NCBI GenBank assembly: GCA_905178155.1
Contig: CAJINV010000004.1
Coordinates: 4,520,518-4,584,517, forward strand
Origin: Amoebophrya sp. A120
Lineage: Eukaryota; Protista; Dinoflagellata
Reading direction: 5' to 3'
Length of the DNA: 64,000 bases
Each line of letters opens with the position of its first letter. The first letter of the stretch is position 1. The notes under the pieces are model-generated. The model worked only from the letters and a program-made list of their open reading frames with translations. It was not told the DNA's origin and made no database searches. Position numbers and translations under genes: made by a program. Below are positions 49,982 through 61,000 of this stretch, one piece after another.

Positions 49982-52321
49982 TAACTCTAAAGCGCACGAC
50001 ACCAAAATTAATTCAAAACGAATTCAAACCGATTTCAAAATGTAGCACTTTCGGCGTTTCGGAAACGTCAGAGTGGCCTGAAAGTCGTTTCCTTCGTTTC
50101 CTCAAATCGGCTAATGTTGAGCGAAAGGCGAAGCGCCCGTCGCACCCGTTGGCGTTGTCTTGAAAGTGGCGCCAGCGTCTATGCTTCAGAATGTATCTGC
50201 TATTGCGCAGGTCCCATGCCATGGCTTGGGACAGTGAGCCCTTCCGGCGCATGGTTTCTGTTTGTGGCGATGGCCTAATCATCTCGTCTGAACCAGGCGC
50301 CGTCGTCTCTCTGAGGCCGCCGCCTGGCGCTGGTTTATCTTCTATCAGACGAGGAGGACGCGCGGCAGCCTTCGCGCAAAAAAACGAAGGGGCTGCTCAG
50401 GAGTGCCTAGCGCTCCAGCTTGGCTGGCTGGCGCACAGTAGCACGGGGGTTAAAGCGAGCGCATCTGCTGCGCTGAGTCGTGCCCCTATTTTGGTAGTTG
50501 AGCCAATGTTTCTAGCACGAGCAGAGCCCTAAAACAAGTAAAGACGACGCAGGGCAGAGCGCAATAGGAATAGCCGGGCCGTGTTTGGTGCGCTTCAGGG
50601 GTAGAACGTAGCGCCAGCGCGTCTGACTTGGCAGCGTCGGGGCGGTGTTTTCCTCTCCTCTGGTTGACCCAGGTCTTGCTTCTTGGAACTGTGTGCTGAC
50701 CACACGACAACGTCCGGTGGAGTGGCTCCAACATTGGCGGCGTCTCCAGGCCGGGACCCTGCGATGGACGATTAGCACTCTCGGCAGGCCCAGTCCCGTT
50801 CTGGGCGCGGGATTGCCTGCTCAAGTGTGGGCCGGCCCCTTCTCCTCGCGCAGTGCGCCTACCTCCACAGAGCTGCCTGCCTGCGGTTTCGCTTATTCCG
50901 GCAGCCCGGGCGCCGGAAGGGCATTCCGGACGGAGCAGTCCCGGGGCCGGGCGACTGGTGTGCTTTTCTCTTGCCAAGAGGGGGGGTTGCGTATTGGCTT
51001 CCCCAGTTACCGCACTCGTAGACGGTTTTTGTATTTTTCCGTATTTCTCGGAGAACAGAAATTCGAACTCCGATTTTCTGTTTCCGGGGCTCATTTCAAA
51101 ATCAAGTTCAAAATCCGTTCAAATTCCGTTCAAAACCAAATTTCTAATATGGGGAAGGGGCTTTGAACGGATTTTGAACGGAAATTGAACGGAGATTTGA
51201 ATTTCGTTTTGAAATTGGCGGGGAATTTGAAATACGTTTTGAAATTGGCGGGAAATTTGAATCACGTTTTGAAATTGGCCTGTGGGATGAATTTCGTTTT
51301 GAAATTGGCCTCCCCCATAAATGACGCTTCGAAATGTCAACCGGGGGCGAAGCCACGCTCCGAGCCTAGGGCCGGGGCCACTCGACCGCCAGCATGCCTG
51401 AAAATTGCCGCCAGGTAGCCCCCACAGCAGCAGCGGCAAAGGTATTCTGGAGGCGCGCGCGCTGCGCGCGCGCGTATTATTCATCTTTCATTCGCCAGCT
51501 AGGGCCAGCAATAAATGCCGCGCGCCCTGTGTCCTTCTTCGTGTTTTGGCAAAGCGCATCGAAGCGCGAAGGCCTGTGGCATCGCTTGGAGTGGATGGCT
51601 GGAAGCCGGACAACCTGGGGCCACTGCGCTTGTGTGGTCGTCCACGCCCAATGCTGTGGCTGCGCGGCTAATTGCCTTGCTTCAGGTAGATTCGTTGTCT
51701 CTGCGGTAGTTGCTGCTCCCCACATGGTGGCCTCGGGAGTTCGACGCGGGCCGCGACGGTGGTAACCGAAGGGCCAGGCCTCTCTTGTCCCGCCTTGCAA
51801 AAAAAGCAATCCGCCCTCCTGAAGGTTGGGCGCTTATTTTTCATACTCATCCGGGCGAGTAGCATAGCGTAGCCTCCTCGTGTATTGTGGCCTTTGGTTG
51901 TGGTGTCTTCCACCGCCCGGCCCCGTGCTGCCTGCGGCCGGCGGGAGGGGTGCCCGGTAAGCTCGGCTTTGTCGGGCGTTTTCCTTCCACAAACCGGCGG
52001 AGGGCGCTCGGTGGGATCGTTGAATGATAGATGCTCGCCGAGGATGGTGTGAGTGTGAGAGCGGTACAACACCACGAGCGGGCGGTGAGTGATGGGAGTC
52101 TGCTTGCGACTATTGTCCCCAAAGCGTTCATTGTGTGGGATGACGACCAAACCTGGGCCAGGTTCTGTGGTGGGGCGGGCATGGCAACTGCTGACTTTTT
52201 TTGCAAAATGACCCTCGCCACAGGTGTCCAATGGCACCATGAAAGTCTGAAACATTGAAATTTTGAATTTGGTTTGAATTCGATTTGAAAAAGAATTAAT
52301 TTTCGGTGACTTTGGATTTAA
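49982..52321. mobile_element. Non-autonomous TIR DNA transposon (MULE- or hAT-like)
   Basis: Flanking direct repeat TAGTATGTT (49974-49982, 52322-52330; TSD 7-9 bp depending on boundary); AT-rich imperfect TIR of about 70 bp; GC-rich body; internal 30-bp repeats. Confidence 0.78.
51090..51310. repeat. Inverted CCGTTCAA/TTGAACGG arrays plus 30-bp tandem repeat (x4, CGTTTTGAAATTGGC core)
   Basis: Directly visible. Confidence 0.85.
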
Positions 52322-55062
52322 TAGTATGTTGAGGCTGCGGGGGGTGGACATCGATCACCTCCAGCTTCGGTGTGGTAGCCACGAAGCGGCCCTATATGTG
52401 CAAGTGGTTCTTGTAGTGCTGCATGGTCGTTTTTAGTAGGGCGCACAACCATAGATATGCTGATGAAAAAGCATAGATATTGATATTCATATTGAATAAA
52501 CTGCTGCGGATGCAACATAACCTCAACTCGGCAACATCGAGCTTTTCTGTCTCAGCGAAAGTAGTTCCGCGGATTAGATGTGCTCGCACCAGTAGTACTC
52601 GATGCCATTTAATATCCCCCCGAAGGTGACACATTCGATTTAAGTAATACGTTTTCCCCAGACGATTCCTTACATCGCCTATAGATGGAATACAAGATAC
52701 ACTGTAGCCCAAAACTACAGGTAAACACACGTCACGAGCCACTTTGGAGAATAAAAGACGGAATTGTAAAAATACCTCTTTTAATTTTCAAAGTCTCGCT
52801 CCTCGGCACGAGCACCAAAGACTCATGGAAAATGAACCATCCACAGCGTTAAGCTACCCACTTCATATACAACGTTCAGAAAGTCCCCCCCCAGACCAAT
52901 GTTTAGCAAAAGAAGTATAAAATGTTTTCGACACGTGTAAAATGTTTTCAGAACGCTCAGCTCAAGACTTAGGTTTTTTCGTAGCGTAAAAGCTACGGGG
53001 ATACGCTACTGAGAGAAAGTTTTTCTAGTAAGTACAGTCTTAGATAGTCTGTTCCAATCAAAACTGTTGTAGTTGTAAGTAACAAGACAAAGACTCGTCT
53101 CTACAAAAATAAATGCGGTGAGCAACAAAGCCAATTTTTTTTTGTGGAATTTCTGTAGTGAGTGTGAGTAACTTTGTGAAGTGTAAAATTCCAATCTCCA
53201 ACATGAGTATTGACCCCGAAACAAATCTTTTTTTTTTTGGGAGGTGATTCGACCTGTTCAGTAGTTTTTCGGATACGATCTTCACTAGAATTCCATACAT
53301 AGTTCTATCCCGCCCTACTTGTTACATATCGAGCGCCAGCAGGCTTAAACGGCGTTCATTCGCGACCTTCTGTTTATTTTCCCTTGTACACTGACAATCA
53401 TTTGTTCTGTGCTAGCAAGCTGTGCTGTCACGGCTGGTCTTTAGTCAGGTAGTTGTTTATACATCGTCTTTTCGCTATAGCAGACATACACAACAAACAT
53501 ACTTTTTTTCGATAGCAATGTACTCGAGGACTTCGATTTGGTGGACAATTTGACCTATTGAAGTCCGTATTTTTCCTGTCCTTCCATTTGTCAGATTGAT
53601 GTTCTGATTCGTATCGGAATTGACAAATGAAACCAATGCTGACGTAATATTGCAGTGTGGTTGATTTTTTGTACTTTTTGAACACTATTCTATCCCAAGA
53701 ACGCAGTAGTATCTTATCTCGTCGGAGCTTCACGATACGTAAAAGTCGATCGCGTTGTGACGTACAACAGAATGTCGAAGTAGTGTAGATTTTCCATTCG
53801 TGATCGTGAAGCTTTTTCAATTTTCAAACGCGACAAGAAAGAACAAGAAGAACGGAAGATCCTGATCCTGATTTCTTTTTCTTCACAACACTACTAGTAC
53901 TAGTCCTCCACATTTATATCGTCCTCCAAAACGCCGAGAGCGGCACTGTTTTTTTTTTCGTTGTTACTAGACGTTTCGATCAGCTGTCGTTCATGAACGC
54001 ATGGACCCGCCCGTGCATGGGCGCATGGCAGCTTGGTAAACGTCGATTCTCACTACAGAACAAGTAAAGACAACTTAGTATGAGTTTGTAGCTCAAGACG
54101 AAAGTGAAAAGTTCAGTAGAGTCAAATTAATTGTAAAAGTTAAAGTATAGAATACAAAAAAGCGTCCTTGTGGATTTTTTTCTCTTGCCTCCAGGCTTGT
54201 CCGCGTCTTCAGCACGCAAGGTACATCCAGCAGCGACCGGTCCTTTGCTTTCACACAACGGAGGATCACTGATTCTCTTTGTCCAAAACGCTCAGCAATT
54301 TGTTTTTTCAACAGCGAGGCCCGAACGTGTACGTGACCACCTGCTTGATGAAGGTCTAGCAGCTACTCCAACATCCACTGTGCTTGATGTGCAGACTGGG
54401 CGGGTCCTCGTGAGGGTTAGAATAACATCTGCGGTGGCAATCGTGGCGCCTAGGCGGGCTGCACTTTGACGTCAGCTTTTAGCGGAACAATAAACGACCG
54501 GAAGAAGTATACTACGGAGATCAACACGTGTAATATACCGACGAAGTAGCCGACAAAATCTGAATCTCCATCCGCTTCAGAGAATAAAGGAAAGCGCGAC
54601 TGGAAAGTTATTTTTTCAAAGAATAAAGAAAAAGATAAAGATATCTACATCTACTTTCGAACACCGAGAATAAAGACACAACGAGACAGCAGACGTTCTC
54701 AGGTAGGTGTTGTTTGATACTTTCACTTGATGTTTGATGTCGACACTATCGTTTTCTGGATTCGTTGGTTTCGGTTTGTGGAAAGCTATTCCGAATGTGA
54801 ATGCCTTCAGCTCCAGGATCGTCGCGCGGCATGATTTCAGTTGCCACCGCATCGATCTGGTGGATGCCTATTACTCGTGGTTGAGAAATAAGATCACGTC
54901 CATCATAATCACGACAGGTTTGGCATAGGCATCCCAAGCGAGAACTTCTTCTACGACAAGAAAGAAAAAGAAAGCGACTTATCCCAAGCAGAACTACAAT
55001 TCCATTTCTCTTGACCGATCGGACCATAAGTACACGCGCCCGCCGTGCAGTCGAGCAGTACG

Positions 55063-58000
55063 ATGATGGGCGGGACGAGCGAAGATAATTCTACCAGCGC
55101 GATCATGGACCTGATGCTAGGCACAACGACCGGCGATGAAATTATAAATCAACACGACCCAGCACCTCATGGTAGTCCAGAGCTAACCTTCAATCATGCC
55201 ACCGGCCAGATGGTGATGACTACAACGGCGCCCCCTGGTGCTGGTCCACCTGCTCCCGCGCTGGCCGCCGTCGTGCCCAGTGGAGTAGGAGGGGTCGCAA
55301 CCACTATTACAGGTGATCAGGAACTACAATGCTCAACACAAAATCACAATGCGACTGCGACTTCGCGAGGTGACCGTACTCCGGTGACCTTTGAAGAATT
55401 GATGAACGTGCAAAGCGACGACCCTCTTCTTGGGGGTCAGACTGCTTCCGGACAAGGTTCTTCAGGCTCTTTCGCTCCTTTTAATAATCCCGTTTCGTCG
55501 AACAGCGGGGCCGCAGTAGATAATAATTCCATGAATGCTGGTGACATGGAACTGGTCACTTGGGCCCTGCAGCAAAATGTTCCGGAGGTGGATAATCGAC
55601 ATCAGCAGCCATTTGTTGCTACTAATATCCACTGGAACAACCACATCAACAACCAAGGGCCCCCGCAGCTGCTGATGCACCAGATGGGTCAACACCAAAA
55701 CCAACAATATCTACACGTCGCAACTACTAATAGTAGTGCCCCGTGTAGTACTACGACATCTAGAGGCGCCGGGGCAGGACCACAACTACATGGGCAGCAC
55801 AACAACCCGCACATCATGATGAACAACTATCGATTACCTTTCGACGCGACTGTCGCAGGGAGTGGAGGGGGAACGCCTGTTCTCGACGGGGGCTTCTTCG
55901 GGGGCGGCACCACTACGTATGCATTGCAAAAGGATCGTTCGTGCTAGTATAAATTGCATCACAAAAAATTCCAGCAAGAACAGAAGTGAAATTTGTAATG
56001 CTGTTTCAGGTTTAGAAAGAGATTTGTCATGCATGAATGCAATTTATACGAGTGCGATACTTTTGCACAGGATACTACGCCTCAGATGTTGATGAACAAC
56101 GGGGGCGGTTCTTTGTTTAACCACAATGCTTATCACAGCAAAAAGTGTTAACGTTAACGGAATTTGTGATGCAGCAATGCATCACAAAACATGCCAAAAT
56201 TTGTAATGCATAGCACGCATATTGGGCTACATTTGTGATGCATGACTGCAATTTGTGAAAACCGTTACCGTTAACACTTTTCCTTGTGATAATGCTGTTA
56301 ACATGAACATCAACCCGACCACAGCAAGAACCGCTAACACTCCCAGAGGCGGCATTGGTTGCGCCGGTGCTCCTATCAAATGTAAAAATGTCTGGGTCTG
56401 GAAGGATCCGAACTTGTGATGCGCATTTTCGAACACAGAAAAATCTCTCATGCATAGGTAGCAAAAGGTGCTCAATTCTGTCACCAAAGTGGGGGGTTTC
56501 TCATGCGGGTTCGGCATTGCGGAGGCTTCTCGAAACCTGTGATGCTAGAGCTTCCATGCCAGACCTTCTGTGTCATGCAAAAACAGCATGAATCTTCCAG
56601 ACCCAGACATTTTTACATTTGATAGCTCCGACGCCGACCGCTGCGCAGCTGAACGGCGGAGCTATGGAAGCGTCAGAATCGAAATTGGCAAAATCGAAAA
56701 ATTTGTGATGCACAAAATCGATGTCAGTTGGAGACTCAGTTTCCAAATGGCGCATGACAAATTTCGGGAGTACCCAAATCCAGTCTGTGATGCTGTTTGG
56801 ACAAAGAAGACTCCTCCTGCAGTGCCACTCTGGCAGCACATTGCATACCCCTAAACAGGCTTGCAATCGGCCTCATTTGCCTGCTCCCCAATACAGGCCT
56901 TCAGTGCCCTACATTTTACGCATCACAAATTTTTCGATTTTGTCGATTTCGATCCTGACACATCCATAGGAGCCTGCTCCCCTTTGGTGGATCCGTTCGC
57001 GCCGAGTTGGCTCGTGGGCACGCTTTTAGAAGAGGAGAAGCAGCTGAAGCCGGAAGATCAGAGCGAAAATAAAGACGGCGCTGCCGCTGCTGATTCTTCA
57101 TCTTCCGGAGGTGACAAAACGTCGGCTGTAGACAACTCTGGCACAACTACTACTTCCGGGGGGAAAAACAAAGAAAACAAGAAGCAACTCGACGAGCTTG
57201 TGGTAAAGGATGTCTCGACGCCGCTCGCCATTTCAGGAGCGACACCGTTCGGCGCCGGAGAAACGACTAAAACGCCGCGGGGTTTTACCAGCAACGCGAT
57301 GAACATAACGGGGGCGCAGCAGGCGCAAAATGGAGAACCAACATTGCGTATATGTTTAATATAAACTGATGATTCTTTTGCTTGGAATTTCGCATTGACT
57401 TCTATCTTGAGCTAGCAGTCTCGAATTCTGATTTGCTCCTCGTAAAATTTAGATTTATGTATCATGACAGCTTTGCCGTCAACAAACGGCTCCTCCACTG
57501 GTACTACCCATGTTGCGGCGGCCAACGCAGCCGGCGTGAGCTCGACCGGTGCGAATCAGATTTTCAATGTGGTAGACCCGTCCCCGATGAACAAAAATAA
57601 CGGCGAGCAGAGCTGCATGAGCGGCGACCAGAGTAACCCATTCTTGCAATTCAGTGGCGACGCGCTGGAGGCAGCGATTGACGAAGCGGTGGGGCAGTGG
57701 AAGTTTGACGACCCAACTCCTTTGAACGACGGAGGAGGAGGGGGTTCCGTAAGTTGTAGAAGAGATCATGCGGCGAGGACTTGTTACAATGATCTTCACA
57801 ACAACAATTTTTATAGGGCCGGCGCGGGCCCGTCCCGTGGCAAAAGCAAAATGAATAACAACAGCTTTCATTATCATGGGAGCAGAGGTGGGTCCTCGCG
57901 CGGAGGTGGTGGAGGTGGTAATTACTACGATCAGTACCACAAGATATGAACTGCAAAAGTATCGTACTCGTATAAATGCATTACAAATTTCCTCAGCATG

Positions 58001-61000
58001 AGAAATCAAATTTGTAATGCGGGTTGACCTTAAGAAAAAGATTTGTATTGCATGATTGCAATACGAGTACGATACTTTTGCACAGGATACAAGAACAGTA
58101 AAAACAACTTTCACGACCAACAGAACCACCTATCAAATGCAAAAATGTCTGGGTCTGGAAAGTTGTGATGCTAGTGTCCGAATGATACGCAACCTGTATT
58201 AGGGGACCGCGCATCACAAGTTTCTGAGCGGCTATGTCCAGCGTGAGCCGCATGACAAATGGCCTGTTTGCATGACAAACAAGTGGCACTGTAGCGCGCC
58301 AAGCATGACAGACTTTTCTGTCTTGTCAACCAAGCATGACAGACTTGCATTCTTGTTCCACACCCAGACATATTTGCAGTGGATACCAACGCAATAAGTA
58401 CAACGACCAGCAAATAAATCTTCACCCCGTGGTCTATCCTGTGCAAAAGTATCGTACTCGTACAAATGCAAGTCTTGCATTACAAATCTCTTTCTTGAGG
58501 CAAATCCGCATGACAAATTTTATTTCTCATGCTGAGGGAATTTGTAATGCATTTATACGAATACGATACTTTTGCAGTTCATATGGTCCGGCGAGGCGCG
58601 ACGCCAACCATGGAGGTTCGGTACACAAACGGGCCGAGTACTAATCTCCTTGCCAGTGGCGGAGGTGCAGGAGCTCCTGGTGGAAACAAGGCAGCCGGGG
58701 TGATGAATGGAGGCAAAAATTATAGTAACTCGTTTTACAACGGCGCGAACGGAGGTCAACCGGAGAATGGTGCTGGACCACACGGAGTTGCCAATTCATC
58801 TCAACAAGGCACCACTACTGCGGGAGATTCTACTTCTTGCACAGCGGCCTACTACACTGGTGTTCAACAAGGAGGCGCTACAGCAGGAGCAGGTCCAGCT
58901 GTTGGTACCAGTATAAAGGGGAGCAAGATGAGTCCCCACTATGCGCCTCAGGGCAGCCCGGGGAAGAGCGGCTCTTTCCTGTTGAGCAGTTGTAGTACAA
59001 ATAAAGCTGCTGGTCAACTGGACGAGGGGGAAGGTGGTGCCACCGGCGCTGGTGCACCAGCTGAATCATCTTCCGTGGTCACAACAACAACTTCGACGAG
59101 TCAGTATGTGAAGGACCGTTTTTTCATGCAACGAACGACCAGCAAGCCGGCGCCCAGTCCGAAGGGCAGCCCCAGCAGTCGTGTCATCATTCAGGAGGAC
59201 GGCACGCGCCGGGAGCGGGATCTCGTTCACGGCGGCACGGTGAATTTAGCACCCATTCCGCCGATGGAAAAAGTCTTTTGCGCGGACACGCTCTTTCCAC
59301 AGCAAGCTATTGCTGGGGGTGGTGGTGGCGGGGCTCCTCTTGCGAACAACATCAATCATGGAGTCGCGGGGGGACCCGGACCTGAACAGCATCTGTCAGC
59401 GGCGGGAGGAGGTGTTACCGGAGGCACTACATCTGGTGCTACAACTTCAACTACAAGAACGACTACAACTTCCGAGGTGGATCACGAGATGCCGGCTCTG
59501 ACCTTGGACTCCGGTGGAAGTGTTGCGAACAGACCAGAAACACGAGATGCTGCCGACGAGCAAAAATCGCCGGAGCTGCTGCCAGGACGAGAGACCGCCA
59601 CCTACACTAAAGACGACATCGAAATGAGTCTCGCGGACACAGAGCCGTCCTCTCAGGGACCGAATTCCGCCGCCGTGCGGCCGGTAGATGCAGCATTTAA
59701 AAATGTGATACCGGCGGCAGTTGTGCAAGAACAACACCAGAATGATACTAGTACCGGCACGACCAACGTCAACAACATCGGGGGGCAACATCAAACGCAA
59801 TCAATTCTCTCCACACCCGAAATCAAGGAAGATTCTGCGCCGGCAGCCGCAGCTGTGACAGAAAATAAGAATGAAGAAAGTGCCACGACGAAGTCGTTGG
59901 AGGAGACGGCCGCGGCTAAGATGAACTTTTCCAATGTGAAAAAGCGCGAGGCTGATCGTGATGAAGACCACGATGTAGGAGCTGCCCTCGCAGTTACTGT
60001 CGCGGAAGTTCCACAGGGGGACAAAAGCGAAAGGCTGCAAGAGAGATCGACGACGGCCAAGAAAGTGAAGTTGGATCTTCATGGTAGTCCTACTACGGGC
60101 GCCCAAGTAGAGCCGCTGAATGAACAAGGGGAAAACGACGAGAAGGGAAAGTCCAGCGGAGCGCAGGAGATCAACACGACGACGGCGAACATTTCCAAAC
60201 TTAACACGAAGGTCCACCTCGGTGTTGAGGATCCGGAAGCACTGCTGGCTGCACCTGAGGAGGAACGCAGCCACCTTGCTTCCACTAAAGAGCCGACTAC
60301 AAATCAGCTCTGTTCTACCAAAATGACGCGATTAGAAGTGGTCGACCTCACATGCACTAAAACCACCAATTGTAGTGAGACGAACAGCACTTCTAGTTCT
60401 CCCGTGGTGCTTGACGCCGCGAATAAAGACGAAGCCGAAGTACCAGATCGTGCGCTTTTGGCCGCGTCCTCTTGTACGACCACTGTCGTGATGCAAGGAC
60501 AGCAGGAGACCCGCCTCGCCCAGGATCAACAACAGCAGGAGCAGGAAGACCATCGGCATGCAAAAATCATCCCGGAGATGAAGATCCAGCACGAAGTTGG
60601 TAGGAGCACGTCACAACAAGTACTAGCGCCATCATCCGGTTGCTGTATCAAGAACGATAAATCTTCTGCAGGCGCCTCATCTGGTGAGAATGAGAACATG
60701 GTGCCTGAGGAACAAATGCTTCTGAAAACTGCTGCAAATGGCCAGACTGCTGCTCGTCCAGCCAATCTCCTGCCTCGACCACAGCGCAGAGGTGGGTATT
60801 TTTTCGGCGCAGAAAGGGATCACGTAGCGGTAGCGAAGGTTGAATACATTGACAGCAGCGCGGGAGGACGGGGTTTGTGTGACAAGGACAGTAGTGAAGA
60901 TTTGTTGAGTAGTAGTTCCTGCCAGGACAATAATCTAAATCTACTTTCTCCTGGTGAAGATGAAAATAAAAAACTCCTTCATCACGACGAAATTAAAGAC

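Noticed and set aside
50486-52351. 150-230 aa ORFs inside the 2.3-kb element
   Set aside because: Explained by GC-richness and repeats; no recognisable domain.
2810-58150. Recurrent peptides such as NVKMSGSGR, PDPDIF and QKYRTR as a protein repeat family
   Set aside because: They are translations of introner TIRs appearing in arbitrary frames.
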